Below, piece by piece: positions 1-12,296 of a stretch of DNA of 64,000 bases. The notes below the pieces were generated by a model. The model was not told where the DNA came from and made no database searches. It saw only the letters and a list, made by a program, of their open reading frames with translations. The stretch's first letter is position 1, and every line of letters starts with the position of its first letter. Location of the stretch: contig OZ249436.1 of the NCBI GenBank assembly GCA_965235115.1, forward strand, positions 47,060,001-47,124,000. Direction: 5' to 3'. Source of the stretch: Laetmonice hystrix (Eukaryota). The translations under genes were made by a program, and so were the position numbers.

Positions 1-2044
1 ACGTATTCAGTGCCAATCATCAAAGCTGTGCTAAATTGCATTTTTCTATTTTTTATAGCTGACTGAAAATGGCATTTTGTTCATATCGGAACATTTTTTT
101 CAAACTTTAGGGGGCTCTACACAAAATGTGTATTAAGTGAGCATCTTCATATTACACAGCTTACCTCAGTAGATTCCCACCTTGTGTTTAGCCAAAAACA
201 ATGCCCATCACAATAATACTTTTTGAGCTGTAGCTCCATAAAAATCGATCATGGTTGAAAACGTCGAAAAAAGCTCTCCATTCTAGGTCGGATTTCACCA
301 TGTAGGCAACTACTCAGACACTTCAAATTTTTTTAAAAGGTAGAATGTCTATATGACATTTGTCAGTAGAATTCTTTTTATCTAACTCAAAAGGCTTCAT
401 GTTAAAAAAAAAACAGTTTAGACGGTATTAAACAGAATGTAGAAATCCATAATAATATATCTAAAGTGGATTTAGCATAGTTTATAACTACTAAATAACT
501 ACTGAACATACATCTGTTCATAATCATAATTAATTCATAATTAAATGATTAAATTAGGTAATTAAATAATTAATTAATTAAATTAATTAATTAATTAATC
601 TAAAATGGATTTAGCATAGTTTATGCCTACTAAATAACTACTGAACAATTATCTGTTCAAAATCATAATTAATTCATAATTAAATAATTAAATAAAATAA
701 TTAAATAAAATAATTAAATAATTAATTAAATTAATTAAGTTAATTAATTAATTAATCTAAAATGGATTTAGCATAGTTTATGCGTTAAAAACAAGCCAAA
801 AACAATGCCCATCAAAGGAGTAGTTTTTGAGCTTTTGCTGCATGAAAATCGGTTATGTTTGAAAAATGGCGAAAAAAGCTCTCCATGTTTTTTAACTAAC
901 TCACAAGGCTATATGGTAAAATAAATTTATTTAATTATTTATTTAATTTATTTACTTAATTATTTAATTTAGTTTATTTATTTACTTAATTATTTTATTT
1001 AATTAAATTAGGTAATCAAATTAGTTAATTAAATTAGTTAATTAAATTAGTTAATTATTTAATTATAAAATAATTATGATTTTGAACAGATGAATGTTCA
1101 GTAGTTATTTAGTAGGCATAAACTATGCTAAATCCATTTTAGATTAATTTATTAATTCAATTAATTTATTTAATTAATTATTTTATTTTAGTATTTTATT
1201 TAATTATTTAATTATGAATTAATTATAATTATGAACAGATGTATGTTCAGTAGATATTTAGTAGGCATAAACTATGCTAAATACATTTTAGATATATTTA
1301 AATGAGATATAATGGATTTCTACATTCTGTTTAATACTGTCTAAACTGGTATTTTTTAAAACATGAAGCCTTTTGAGTTAGATAAAAAGATTTCTACTGA
1401 CAAATGTCATATAGGTATTCTACCTTTTGAAAAAAATGTAAGTGTCTGAGTAGTTGCCTACATGGTGAAATCCTACCTAGAATGGAAAGCTTTTTTCGAC
1501 GTTTTTCACACATGATCAGTTTTCATGCAGCTACAGCTCAAAAACTATTATTGTGATGGGCATTGTTTTTGGCTAAACACAAGGTGGGAATCTACTGAGG
1601 TAAGCTTTGTAATATGAAGATGATCACTTAATACACATTTTGTGTAGAGCCCCCTAAAGTTTGAACAAAATGTTCCGATATGAACAAAATGCCATTTTCA
1701 GTCAGCTATAAGAAATAAAAAATGCAATTTAGCACAACTTTGATGATTGGCACTGAATATGTGGGTAGGGGACCTTGCACATACCAAATTTCAGCCTGAT
1801 ACATGTAACCAGTCCTGAGATATAACGCTTTGAAAATGGGAAAAAGCACAAAAATGACTTTTGACATGCACAGTATGCACCGACACACTTATTTTAAAAA
1901 TTAATATCTGAAAAACTACTAGAAGTTGGAGCAAAAAATTTTGTATGCGTTCATAGAAAATGTGGAGGTACTTGTAAAAAAAAAGTCATAAAATTCTGAG
2001 ATGGTCACCTGGGAGGCTCTAGGTGAATCCGCGTGGAATGACCC
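1..2044. mobile_element. Large foldback / non-autonomous DNA transposon (left end outside window)
   Basis: Bases 1-~740 are the reverse complement of ~1010-1761 (e.g. ttcagtgccaatcatcaaag at 6-25 vs ctttgatgattggcactgaa ~1738-1757). The core is AT-rich and internally repetitive. The right arm continues to ...gcgtggaatgaccc (2044), a plausible GGGTCATTCC-type terminus. No transposase ORF. Confidence 0.75.
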
Positions 2045-2469
2045 TATAGTAATACGACCCTGCTTCTGCCTGTTTTTATTGAAGTAGAGTTCTGGTTTTG
2101 AGTTGGACGCTTACCACAAGGAGTGTCGATGAGAGAGCTGGGTGGAGGGGGTCGGTAAGGGGTCCCCCTTGCTAAAACATATTGAGTTTTCAAAAGAGTC
2201 GGGGGGGCCGGAACTGATTATGTGCAATTGAACGTTCTTTTTGAAATAAAATGTGTACAATGCCATAGAAGACGTACCCCCGGTAGCCATGTGACCACTC
2301 TTAGCTCTTCCTGATACCCAAAGCCTAAAGGCCTGCTTTAAACGGAGAAGGTGTCATTGGTATCCTTGTTTCTTTTTTTTAGGGGGGGGGATTGCCGCCC
2401 ATCTTTTTTGAGGGACCCTGACAGGAACAGGCGGAGAAGATTAATCTATGGTATTATGGCGTGTTGCAG

Positions 2470-2811
2470 GCGGCGATGCTGTGGCCTGTTGTGCCAGCAG
2501 ACCAAGCCCCTGCCCGAGCCGCCGCCGCCGTCCCCGCCACCCCCGGCCGGGGGGGCCGAGTCTACGCCAGGCGGCCCCATCTCTGTACGATCTGTGGAAA
2601 GACTTTCGTGCGTCCCGCCGAGCTGCAGCGCCACCTGTTGACACATACTGGCGAAAGGCCATTCAAGTGTTCAACCTGTGGCTTTTCCTTCTCACTGAAC
2701 AGTAACCTGAAAAAACACGAACTCCTACATGCAAGGGATGTCAATTTTAAACCAAAGTATATCAGTTTTAAACCGGACGGTACTGAGCCAGAAATAAACC
2801 CGAAACCCTAG
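2470..2811 (+). CDS. Alternative terminal exon ZF-A: two C2H2 zinc fingers
   Basis: Acceptor gtgttgcag|gcg, phase 0; CTICGKTFVRPAELQRHLLTH-TGERP-CSTCGFSFSLNSNLKKHELLH; stop TAG 2809-2811; AATAAA at 3145. Confidence 0.88.
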   Translation, partial: AAMLWPVVPADQAPARAAAAVPATPGRGGRVYARRPHLCTICGKTFVRPAELQRHLLTHTGERPFKCSTCGFSFSLNSNLKKHELLHARDVNFKPKYISFKPDGTEPEINPKP

Positions 2812-3150
2812 ATATCTACATCAGGTATCTAGACACCACACACCTATCTACGGGCAAGACATATTAATTGATGAAATTCATCTGTTGTTTGTATGTTTAT
2901 CTTTGTTTATTGTTTTGGAGGAATTCAAAGGTTATTTTTTTACCTGCCTCCTGAAGTACTTAAAACAGTTCCATCCGATTGTTCACATTGCTCACAAGAC
3001 TCATTGATTACGAATACGACATTGGATGTGTTGGAATCTGTTCATACAGTATCTGGTTGTCATTGGTACCAGTCTACAACAGGACGATAAGTTTGAAAAA
3101 AAATAGGGGCATGATTCCGAATGACTGTTTTAATGTAAGATAAAAATAAA
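2788..3150 (+). repeat. Tail and 3' UTR of ZF-A, duplicated at 7143-7516
   Basis: ccagaaataaaccc..ctagat.tctacatcaggtatctagacaccacacacctatcta.gggcaagacata and about 300 bp of following sequence align with 7143-7516. Confidence 0.85.
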
Positions 3151-3920
3151 TGCTACAACTGTATGGATGATATTTACTGTGATAAAAGAACAAATCCTTT
3201 CCCAAGGCGTCGTTGTCGTTTGGTAGCGCCTGTGAACCCCCATGCCCTCCAGAAGAGTATCCCCAATTAAAGAAGTGACCTAGACACATTGGCAATAGTC
3301 ATTCCTCCCTGAACCCGCTCACTCAAACATGGGAACAGCTCGGAAGGTCACTTCGCTAGTACAAGTCCTGTATGATACTTATTAGGAAATAAATCAAGAA
3401 CATAAACATTCCTTTTTATTATCATGTACATCAACAGTGATCCGTAGGCCTAAGTTATATTATTAGAAGGCTACCGACATACTTCAAGCGTTGACATGCT
3501 TCATGTGTTCACCTAAACGTAACGTGGAGGGAAATCAGGAAAGGTAGGGTCATATATGAGATCTTTTGTTCCTCTATTAGCCAACCTAGGACCTCATGGT
3601 GAACGCAAAAGGTAGGGTCATGTATTCGATCTTTTGTTCCTGGATTAGGCAGTACTTGTGGATAGAGAATATAACACCTTTGGTATGCGTACACAGGGAA
3701 ACACGTGTATGTTCTAATACTTCTTCAGCTACTGGAAATATGTCAGATCAGCAGTTCTACCAATGTTCCTCGTGAAGATTTGTGTGTGTCATCAACTCTC
3801 TTAGCCTCCAGGCATGAAATGGCCGTCGTAGCTCCCTCCACCTTGGATCCAAGACTACTAAATTACTGTAGCTATCCATTGATATGGCTTAAGCCAGGTG
3901 TATTGTGTTTGGTGTTTCAG

Positions 3921-4244
3921 GCGGGGTTCGCTGTAGCTGTGTCGCCCGAGTCCGCCCTGTGTGGGCTGACCGCCACCACCACGCTGCCCAGCTCAGGGCT
4001 GAAGCGCAAACATTGTTGTCCTGTGTGCACCCAGACGTTTGTTCGTCCTGCCGAGATGCAACGCCACATGCGGTGTCACACTGGAGAACGCCCCTACAAA
4101 TGTCACCTTTGTGACGCGGCGTTCGCACGCGTGTTTGGTCTCAAGACCCACATGATGAGGCTACACCCAGCGACATCTGGCGGCAGCGGCGATACCAACA
4201 GCTCTGACCTTGATGGGTCATCACACTGGCCAAGGCCTTTCTAA
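3921..4244 (+). CDS. Alternative terminal exon ZF-B: two C2H2 zinc fingers
   Basis: Acceptor ggtgtttcag|gcg, phase 0; CPVCTQTFVRPAEMQRHMRCH-TGERP-CHLCDAAFARVFGLKTHMMRLH; no Met between acceptor and first finger; stop TAA; AATAAA at 4450. Confidence 0.88.
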   Translation, partial: AGFAVAVSPESALCGLTATTTLPSSGLKRKHCCPVCTQTFVRPAEMQRHMRCHTGERPYKCHLCDAAFARVFGLKTHMMRLHPATSGGSGDTNSSDLDGSSHWPRPF

Positions 4245-4831
4245 ACTCTAATCGGTGGAGAATTCACAATCGTCTCGGGGGTCTAGATTCAAGTACCTGG
4301 TTCGAAACCTAGGATAATGGCAACCATTCCCAATTCATCATTTTATAAAATATAAAACGCGTCTTGAATACACCTGGCAGATGGCTAAACCATGTGTTTC
4401 AATATACAGCCTCTATTCCTATCAATATAAGCGAATATACTACTTAATTAATAAAGGGGAATCCATCACTTAAGCACCACAGTCTCCACATACCACTTGT
4501 GTCTTGTGAAGGACTTCCCAGCTGTTCTGTAACCCTTGGACTGTCTTGTACTCCAGTGTTGTGACTGGGAAAATTCCGTGTCACCGTGTGCCGTCACCAT
4601 GTGACCTCAGCTCTGACCCGTCGGTCTCCAGTGTGGGTCCGGATAGATTTGACCAAGAACGGACCCACATTGTCCAGTGCTCTCACAGTATGGATGAGTG
4701 ATGGTCAGCAGAGCCGCAGAATGTTTGTCTGCAACTTGTTGCAGAGGTATTGGCTGCAGTCTCCGTGGGGACCAGAGGGCAGACCCTTGCCTGGTGCAGA
4801 CTCTAAACCTTACTTTTTGCATGTGTTGCAG

Positions 4832-5185
4832 GAGGAAAGGTTTAGAGCCCTGAGGAAAGAAGGACCCCATCGTGGTTCACCCCGACAGAACTCGAAGCGC
4901 CCGTCCCGTCGCCACGTATGTACAGTCTGTGCCAAGGCATTTGTGAGACCTGCAGAGCTTGACCGACACAACCTCACCCACACGGGCGAGAAACCTCACA
5001 AATGTCTTTACTGTAACTCAGCGTTTGCCCTGGCAGGAGCACTTAAAGTACACGTTGTGAGGATTCACCAGAAAGACCTGAAGACCGGCACCAATGACTG
5101 CTTCCTCTGTGGTCTGGGCTTTCCATCCCACCATGAATGGAAGCAACACATGACTTCACACATGATGGACAATGCTCCCGAGTAG
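4832..5185 (+). CDS. Alternative terminal exon ZF-C: three C2H2 zinc fingers
   Basis: Acceptor atgtgttgcag|gag, phase 0; CTVCAKAFVRPAELDRHNLTH-TGEKP-CLYCNSAFALAGALKVHVVRIH plus third finger CFLCGLGFPSHHEWKQHMTSH; stop TAG. Confidence 0.88.
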   Translation, partial: EERFRALRKEGPHRGSPRQNSKRPSRRHVCTVCAKAFVRPAELDRHNLTHTGEKPHKCLYCNSAFALAGALKVHVVRIHQKDLKTGTNDCFLCGLGFPSHHEWKQHMTSHMMDNAPE

Positions 5186-5290
5186 CAGCCAATGCTCCCG
5201 AGTAGCAGCCAATGCTCCCGAGTAGCAGCCAATGCTCCCGAGTAGCAGGCAATGCTCCCGAGAAGCAGCCAATGCTCCCAAGTAGCAGCC
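5171..5290. repeat. 20-bp tandem repeat x6 spanning the ZF-C stop codon
   Basis: Unit aatgctcccgagtagcagcc. Confidence 0.95.
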
Positions 5291-5341
5291 TACGGCCCCT
5301 GCTGCTGGTACTCTATCTCTCAGTCATGCGTTTATACGAGT

Positions 5342-5471
5342 CCAGGGGACCGTTTTACTAAACACTCGTATTTTCTATAGATCATAATAGCAAAATGTAC
5401 GAGTTTTTTCTTGTTTACGAGCTATAAGGCCATATACGAGCTCGTACAGTCTTAGTGAAACGAGCCCCTGG
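5342..5471. mobile_element. 130-bp MITE (PIF/Harbinger-like)
   Basis: Terminal inverted repeats ccaggggaccgttttactaa / ttagtgaaacgagcccctgg. Confidence 0.7.
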
Positions 5472-6873
5472 TCAAGAAAGAAAGAAGTGTCTCTTCCAAG
5501 GAGGTGTTGCCATTATTAACTCGCACTATGGGCAGACACGATGTACATGTATTTTGATCTCAGGAGTGAGGACCTTGTAAGCCATGTTAAGCGAACCTCG
5601 ACTGGAAGGATCAACCATTGAATGGCCTGTTAGAGAAACAACCATACCTATCTACATTCTGTATGATGGTGTGTTAACAAACATGAGGTGATTCCGTGGA
5701 ATTGTTGTTGGGGGTTAGATCGCTGATGTAGTTCTTGGTTTTCTTTAAGTAATTAAACCCTCGAGACCTGCAGTCATGTGACAATCTAACAGGAAGGCGA
5801 TCAACAAAAATAGCAAGAATTCATCAGTCAAATATTCATTACATAATAAGAATGCAGTTTGCTGGATAATTCTTTTTTTTATTTGGGGGGGGGGAGTTGT
5901 TTTCTATATGTCATAATTGCATTTCTTATTTCATTAATTTATTGACCAAAGAAAGATCAATTTCATACTAGCATTCAAACTACTTTCTAAGGCATGACAG
6001 TGTGTTTGGTTCATAGTGTTAACGGTTGACTAGCAGCAGGTTTGAATATATAAAATGGGACCACCAGGGGATGTCGGCGATGTCTTCATGAAAGTCGTGG
6101 GATCACATTTGTCAAGGCTCCAGGCCAGAAGCCAGAACCCGAATGTGATTGGGACCATCTGGCTTCCGTCTAACGGTTTATTCGGGTTTACAGAAAGGAT
6201 GAAGAAATCTCGATAGACGGTAACATAGCTTCTTAGGTTCGGGCAGGTTTGACAAAAAACAAATTGAGTTCAGCATTTGAAGGTCAACAGGCTCCTCATA
6301 GAAGTTTGGGTTTAATAGTTGTAATAGATTGAGGTTCTTAGCCGTGTTACTGGAATGACTACTGGGAGATTTCCATTAAGATTTTACAAGGAGTCGCGAT
6401 AACAGTATTGTGATATGGAAGTACGTTGTACCCAAGTAAACGAAATCCATAGGTAATTAGTAGATTAACTATCATGTCAGGTGTTTACCACCGGGACGCT
6501 GGAGTGCGCCTTCCAAAGGTTCTTTGAAGGCGTTAATCATGTAATTGATACCAGATAATTCTGATCTTTCTCCAGATCATTTGTTCTCAGAGTTCAATCC
6601 TTGACAGATTGGTTTCTGTTCATCGTATTTAGTATTAGTGTCACGGAAAGAGGATCAAGTTGGGATTGTCCAACATGCTACATCTGCCAGAAGGTGAAGA
6701 GTCATTATCATTTAATTTATGATAAATATACACAAATGTACTAATAACAACTGCATTTGACCAAATAAAAGTATTCACATCTTTTAGATTTACTTCATAT
6801 CATCACTGGAGAAAGTGTCTTTGTCTCTTTGCCGTCCATCAGTTAGAACTTTGCTATTAGGGTCTTGTTTTTG

Positions 6874-6914
6874 AGAAGAAGAAGAAGAAGAAGAAGAAGA
6901 AGAAGAAGAAGAAT

Positions 6915-6946
<32 letters not shown>
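6874..6946. repeat. (GAA)n microsatellite
   Basis: Direct reading. Confidence 0.95.
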
Positions 6947-7142
6947 TCTTGGAATAGAGTAGTAGAGGCTCTTTTCAAAAGAAGAAGAATGGATGACTTA
7001 TCTTGGAATATAGTAGTGGAGGCTCATTTAAAAACACGATTAGTTATTTTAAACACTGCGTACCTCCCTGGAAAGCCGTTTAGTTCTTTTAAACACTGCG
7101 TACCTGCCTGGAAAGCCATTTAGCTATTTTAAATGTTTCGTC

Positions 7143-7516
7143 CCAGAAATAAACCCCCAAACCTAGATCTCTACATCAGGTATCTAGACACCACACACCT
7201 ATCTAAGGGCAAGACATATCGGTTATTAATTGATTAAATTCATGGGGTTTTTTTTGAGGGGGGATTTTTTTTTTTTTTTTGGGGGGGGGGGGGAAATTTA
7301 AAGGTTATTTTTTTACCTACCTCCTTAAGGTTAAAACAGTTCCATCCAATTTTTCACATTGCTCACAGGACTCTCATTGATTACGAATAGGACATTGGAT
7401 ATGTTGGAATCTGTTTGTATGGTATCTGGATATCGTTGGTAACACAGTCTGCAACAGGCTGATAAGCTTGAAAGAAATTAGGGGCACGACTGTTTTAATG
7501 TAAGAAAAAATAAAAT
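7143..7516 (+). repeat. Orphan copy of the ZF-A tail/3' UTR, embedded in a ~40-bp minisatellite
   Basis: Aligns with 2788-3150; flanked on both sides by ttttaaacactgc.t.cctccctggaaag units (7041-7130, 7520-7600); no zinc-finger coding sequence upstream of it. Confidence 0.8.
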
Positions 7517-7748
7517 AACTAAACGCCTTTCCCTGGAAAGGCGTTGATATTTTTAAACACTGCATCCCTCCCTGGAAAGTCGTTTAATTATTTTAACACT
7601 TTGTTACTCTCTGAAAGGGCTTTAAGTTATCTGGTTTTAGTGTATAAACTAGAAATTTTGTCCTATAAATGCTCGAGGTTAATAGGCCAGTAACAATGCC
7701 AGACCAGTAATATACGCCCACTGACTCCGTCTGTTCTGCGTGTTGCAG

Positions 7749-8036
7749 GCTAAGGCAGTGGGACTAACCCAACTACCAGGGTCGGGGGAGACTTTGGAAG
7801 TGATCCCAAATCAAGTCAAGAAAAGAAAATATGTCTGCCCACTTTGTACTTGGGCCTTCATCCGTCCATCAGAGCTCGAACGACATATCAGGACTCACAC
7901 TGGAGAGAAACCTTACTCCTGTGAACACTGTGGCCATGAATTTGCCCGGCGAGACCACTTGGGAAGCCACCAGAAAAATGTGCATGGCAAGTCAGGGTGT
8001 GTAAGCCTGCAGCAGGACAGGGAAGGCAGTGGGTGA
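7749..8036 (+). CDS. Alternative terminal exon ZF-D: two C2H2 zinc fingers
   Basis: Acceptor gtgttgcag|gct, phase 0; [48 protein letters not shown]; no Met before the fingers; stop TGA. Confidence 0.88.
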   Translation, partial: AKAVGLTQLPGSGETLEVIPNQVKKRKYVCPLCTWAFIRPSELERHIRTHTGEKPYSCEHCGHEFARRDHLGSHQKNVHGKSGCVSLQQDREGSG

Positions 8037-8408
8037 ACTACAAAATGTACATACGGAATGTACGAACTACATAATGTACATACGGAATGTACGAACTACA
8101 AAATGTACATACAAAATGTATGAACTACAAAATGTATGTATGGAATGTACGAACTACATAATGTACATACGGAATGTACGAACTACATAATGTACATACG
8201 GAATGTACGAACTACAAAATGTACATAAGGAAAGTACGAACTACAAAATGTACATACGGAATTTACGAACTACAATATGTACATACAGAATGTACGAACT
8301 ACAAAATGTACATACAAAATGTATGAATTACAAAATGTATGTATGGAATGTACGAACTACAAAATGTACATACGAATCGAATGTACAAACTACAAAATGT
8401 ACATACAA
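8035..8408. repeat. 29-bp minisatellite beginning at the ZF-D stop codon
   Basis: Unit gaactacaaaatgtacatacggaatgtac, about 13 copies. Confidence 0.95.
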
Positions 8409-9333
8409 ACAGTAAACTTGTGGAGCATCAGTCCCGTCGTTTAAAAGAAAAGAAAATCGCCAGTCTGTACAGGCCAGGCACACAGGCCGTGATATTCTAA
8501 GCAAGTTAAAAAAGATTTGAACACAATTGGTGCTCAAATAGTGAAAAGCACTTTAGTGCTGGGGCCTGCTTAGAGCGCTGCTCAGCTGGTGGATTGCACC
8601 ATAGCATCTGCTCGTTGGGCTAATCTCAAATTGCGCACCACTGCTCTCCAGTTTGGGAGGAACTAAAAACTGATGCACCTGTTGCATTGACCAATTCAAA
8701 AGGTAGCGAACGTTGACAGCTTATAAGCAAAATTTGTTAGAACATAGATGAAAACCATCGATCATAGTGATGAGGAATGGCTAGGAATTAAGCCTACCGA
8801 TGTGAGGGGATATATCAGGGTGGACACGGATCTGGGCAGCCGTGGGTTTCGACCGCCTGCATTCAATTCGTCCCGCTCGGAGGTGTGATGTTGACGGAGC
8901 TCAGCGCCACTGGGGCCAGGCCCGACTCTGACTATGACCGCGGGCACTGGCAGTCAGCACTCCTGTGGTCAGCACAAACCTGTTGCGTTTAGTTGTGACT
9001 GTGACTGTAGGACTGACCCCCGTCGATTTGCCCACCCGCTTCGGCTGCCTTTAGTCTAATCTAGCCCCGGCATGCAATAGATGGGCACAAGGACGTCACT
9101 TAACTTCCGGCCAGCCCCACAAATGGCTGCGCTGCTGAAGCCAGTGATTTTGACACGGTTGTCATGTTCAACATATGACTGAATGGGGGACATTTATTTC
9201 CAACCACTACTCTGAAATGTGAGTGTATATATAGAGGCCTTGCAGCTGTCCAAATGTGATTTTTGACTGGACTTCTCCTTTAATGTGGACCCTAGAGAAC
9301 AAAGAAATAATCGAACAAAATATGGTTAAACAA

Positions 9334-9945
9334 GGACGGCCTTAAAGGGGTATATTATGAGGAAACGTTAAAAATCGGTATTTCATAGAACTTTTGCTAA
9401 GCTCCCTTGCCCGCTTCTCTGCCGATTTCGTAAAATATTTTTTGGGTGGCATTCTGATGCCAGGCGATCGAGTGCCACTGCTGAATTGTACAACTAAGCA
9501 AAGCACGTGACTAAGCACATGCAGAGCGTGCACACACAGGATGTGACACAGTATGCAATTACAAGGGTTGATGGGGGGTTGTCCGCCAAATTATGACGGG
9601 AGATGTGCTATCGGGAGAAATCTATAGGTTTGGTCGTATAGAACCTACTTGTGCTGCATACGCAGCGAAAACACGTCGGAGGACAAAATGCTGTGGTAGG
9701 ATTATTTACTTGGATCCCTAGTACACGGTCATGTTGGATAATTGCCGGAAATCCTCAAAAACGTGTTTCATAGCATGCCTCTTTAAGAAAGTGTTTGTTC
9801 CGAAGAATTTTCTTGACAAAATGCGATGAGGGGGGGGGGGGGGAGGATTTCGGGGGAGGGGATTTTAAAAAAAAATTTCAACCGCAAGGTTTTGAGGCGT
9901 AAGACCGGATTCTAATTCGGAACAAACATTTTTTTAAGGTCGCCC
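9334..9945. mobile_element. MITE interrupted in its left TIR by a second element
   Basis: Removing 9346-9786 restores ggacggccttaagaaagtgtttgttccgaa, which pairs with ttcggaacaaacatttttttaaggtcgccc at the right end. Confidence 0.7.
9346..9782. mobile_element. Non-autonomous Kolobok-like element with TTAA TSD
   Basis: TTAA|aggggtatattatga ... tcatagcatgcctct|TTAA; imperfect short TIRs with AG termini. Confidence 0.65.
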
Positions 9946-10312
9946 GAGATGAGATTTTTAGTTCTCACGTTTTACGTTGTTAGCGTGGAAACAACCTTTT
10001 AAAGGCTTCAGTTTGTACAGGTCGTGGAGACTGACAGTGATACCCAAACCGTATTTAAAACAGTAGCCTACGTTTACAGATTACACGCGGCACCAGTCTG
10101 GCTTGCTATATGGATGGATGTGGTGGCAACTTTCGGTTGCAAAGTAAGAAAGAGCCACAGAAAGATTGCCTGAAGCTGATATACTTTGGCTAGTCCTGAT
10201 GTCTGATGTGCCATTTAAGGAAAACTAATCTGTTCTGTGATACGTATAATACGACGTCACGTTCTAGATTTTAATGTACAGTGTATAATAGTGCTCAATA
10301 TGAAAGTTTATT

Positions 10313-10572
10313 CTTTGTTTGTTGATAAGTTTAATCACCAGAAAGGTTATCATTTGTTTGTTGATAAGTTTAATCACCAGAAAGTTGATCATTTGTTTGT
10401 TGATAAGTTTAATCACCAGAAAGTTGATCATTTGTTTGTTGATAAGTTTAATCACCAGAAACTTGATCATTTGTTTGTTGATAAGTTTAATCACCAGAAA
10501 GTTGATCATTTGATTGTTGATAAGTTTAATCATCAGAAAGTTGATCATTTGCTTGATGATAAGTTTAATCAC
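10313..10572. repeat. 39-bp minisatellite
   Basis: Unit tttgtttgttgataagtttaatcaccagaaagttgatca, about 6.5 copies. Confidence 0.95.
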
Positions 10573-10957
10573 TAGAAGATGGAGAAGAACACTTTAACTT
10601 GACACATTAATTCTGAAGCTGTAGTGACACGTAGAATACGTACCGTTCAGTATATGAATCAAATCATTCCATGCAGCAGCATGTCGACACTAAACAACAG
10701 GGAATTTAGCGAACTGGGCTATGGTATATACACGTAATAGCAATGCTTCCTCCTATTCTAGACAAAGACATATTTTGACTTATTATTTTCATTTTTAATC
10801 TTTACAAACCGGATACATTCCACCTATATAATAAGGTTAGAGCCACTCCTTATGCTAGATGTGGCGGGTTAGATCCCTATAAAATATTAACAACCATGCA
10901 TGAGGCATTTCCCCCCCAGAGCCTCCAGACTCATGAGTTGTTTTTGGGCTGTTCCAG

Positions 10958-11242
10958 ATGTTGGCCGTGCCATATGTGGCGCCCACAGCTTATAGATCGC
11001 CCAACAACAGGGCACCTGCTTCCAGCAAATCAAGGCGCTACAAATGTCTGGTGTGCGGGTATGCCTTTGTGCGACCCTCAGAGCTGGAGCGGCATAACCG
11101 TTCCCACACTGGCGAGAAACCCTTCCACTGCCAGACGTGCGGCCTTAGCTTTGCCCATTCCTGGGTACTTAAAAAACACCAGAGTGTTCATGACCGACAG
11201 AAACAGTCGGGGACGTTCAATGAAAACCCGTCCAAGATATAG
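10958..11242 (+). CDS. Alternative terminal exon ZF-E: two C2H2 zinc fingers
   Basis: Acceptor ctgttccag|atg, phase 0; [47 protein letters not shown]; stop TAG. Confidence 0.88.
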   Translation: MLAVPYVAPTAYRSPNNRAPASSKSRRYKCLVCGYAFVRPSELERHNRSHTGEKPFHCQTCGLSFAHSWVLKKHQSVHDRQKQSGTFNENPSKI

Positions 11243-12017
11243 GAACAAATGCCTGAAGTGATACGAAGTTCTAACCGCGGACGATAATGCTGCCTATAGT
11301 CGCAGCAGTGAAAGGTTTTACAATCTCTAGATAAGATTCTCACACAAATATCAGTTAATGTTTTCTGTAAGCTTGATCATGGTCAAGTTTATTCTTTCAT
11401 GCTATTAAAACGTTATTTCTCTCCCGTATAGATGGTGTTGTATTGATTTACACGTGGTTTTAGTAACACCTACGTTTGAGATGTTCTGCTCAAGAAAAAA
11501 TGCATATAGGCCTAGACCTAATCAGGGGTTCTTCGAGAGGGCCCTGGGCCTACCCCCCCCCCCCCTTATAAACGAATTCATAGGGAGGGAGTCCTAAAAT
11601 GATCATCTCCAATTGAAAATACTGGTTGAATGTACCCATACCGATCTGTGTGACTATTCCAGGCGCTTCCTTAGCATTCTATTCCGCGATACTATATGGT
11701 CAAACATGGCGGGGCCGTAATTCATGAGGGGGGGGGGGGGCTAATAATTATCCTACTTTACCAGGGAGAACCTTGAATCTGTTCGTCGAGCCCCCTCATG
11801 AAATCAATAACCCTCTCAATAATTTGATGGAAATTACGGGCCTGCATGGAGTTCTTTCCTTATCGGAGCCCTAACCTTCCGCAGACACTGGCAATCATTA
11901 GTGACTAGTCCACAGATTTAGCATCAATGTAATATTTGTAAGACCACCATAAACTTAAGATCATGTAGAGCTGAGTGTAATGAAAGAATTTGATGAGATT
12001 TTTTCCCGACTTTCCAG

Positions 12018-12296
12018 GGTGGGACAAGAGGCGTGCAGCCTACCGCCGGTTCAGGGTTCTCATCCTCCGCCCGCATGAGGGCGCCACCACCACGCTCTGA
12101 CACTAGGCGGCGCCACCGCTGTCAAGTATGCGGCAAAGGTTTTGCCGCACCTGCCCTGCTAAAGCGGCACATCAGGACACACACAGGAGAGAGGCCGTTC
12201 ACGTGTGACATTTGTGGAATGAAATTTTCACAGAATGAACACAGACAGAGACACATCAAAAAATGTCACACTACCATGTTGTTCAAGAACGTTTAG
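12018..12296 (+). CDS. Alternative terminal exon ZF-F: two C2H2 zinc fingers
   Basis: Acceptor ttttcccgactttccag|ggt, phase 0; [48 protein letters not shown]; the stop lies in a short direct duplication (12261-12339). Confidence 0.88.
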   Translation, partial: GGTRGVQPTAGSGFSSSARMRAPPPRSDTRRRHRCQVCGKGFAAPALLKRHIRTHTGERPFTCDICGMKFSQNEHRQRHIKKCHTTMLFKNV

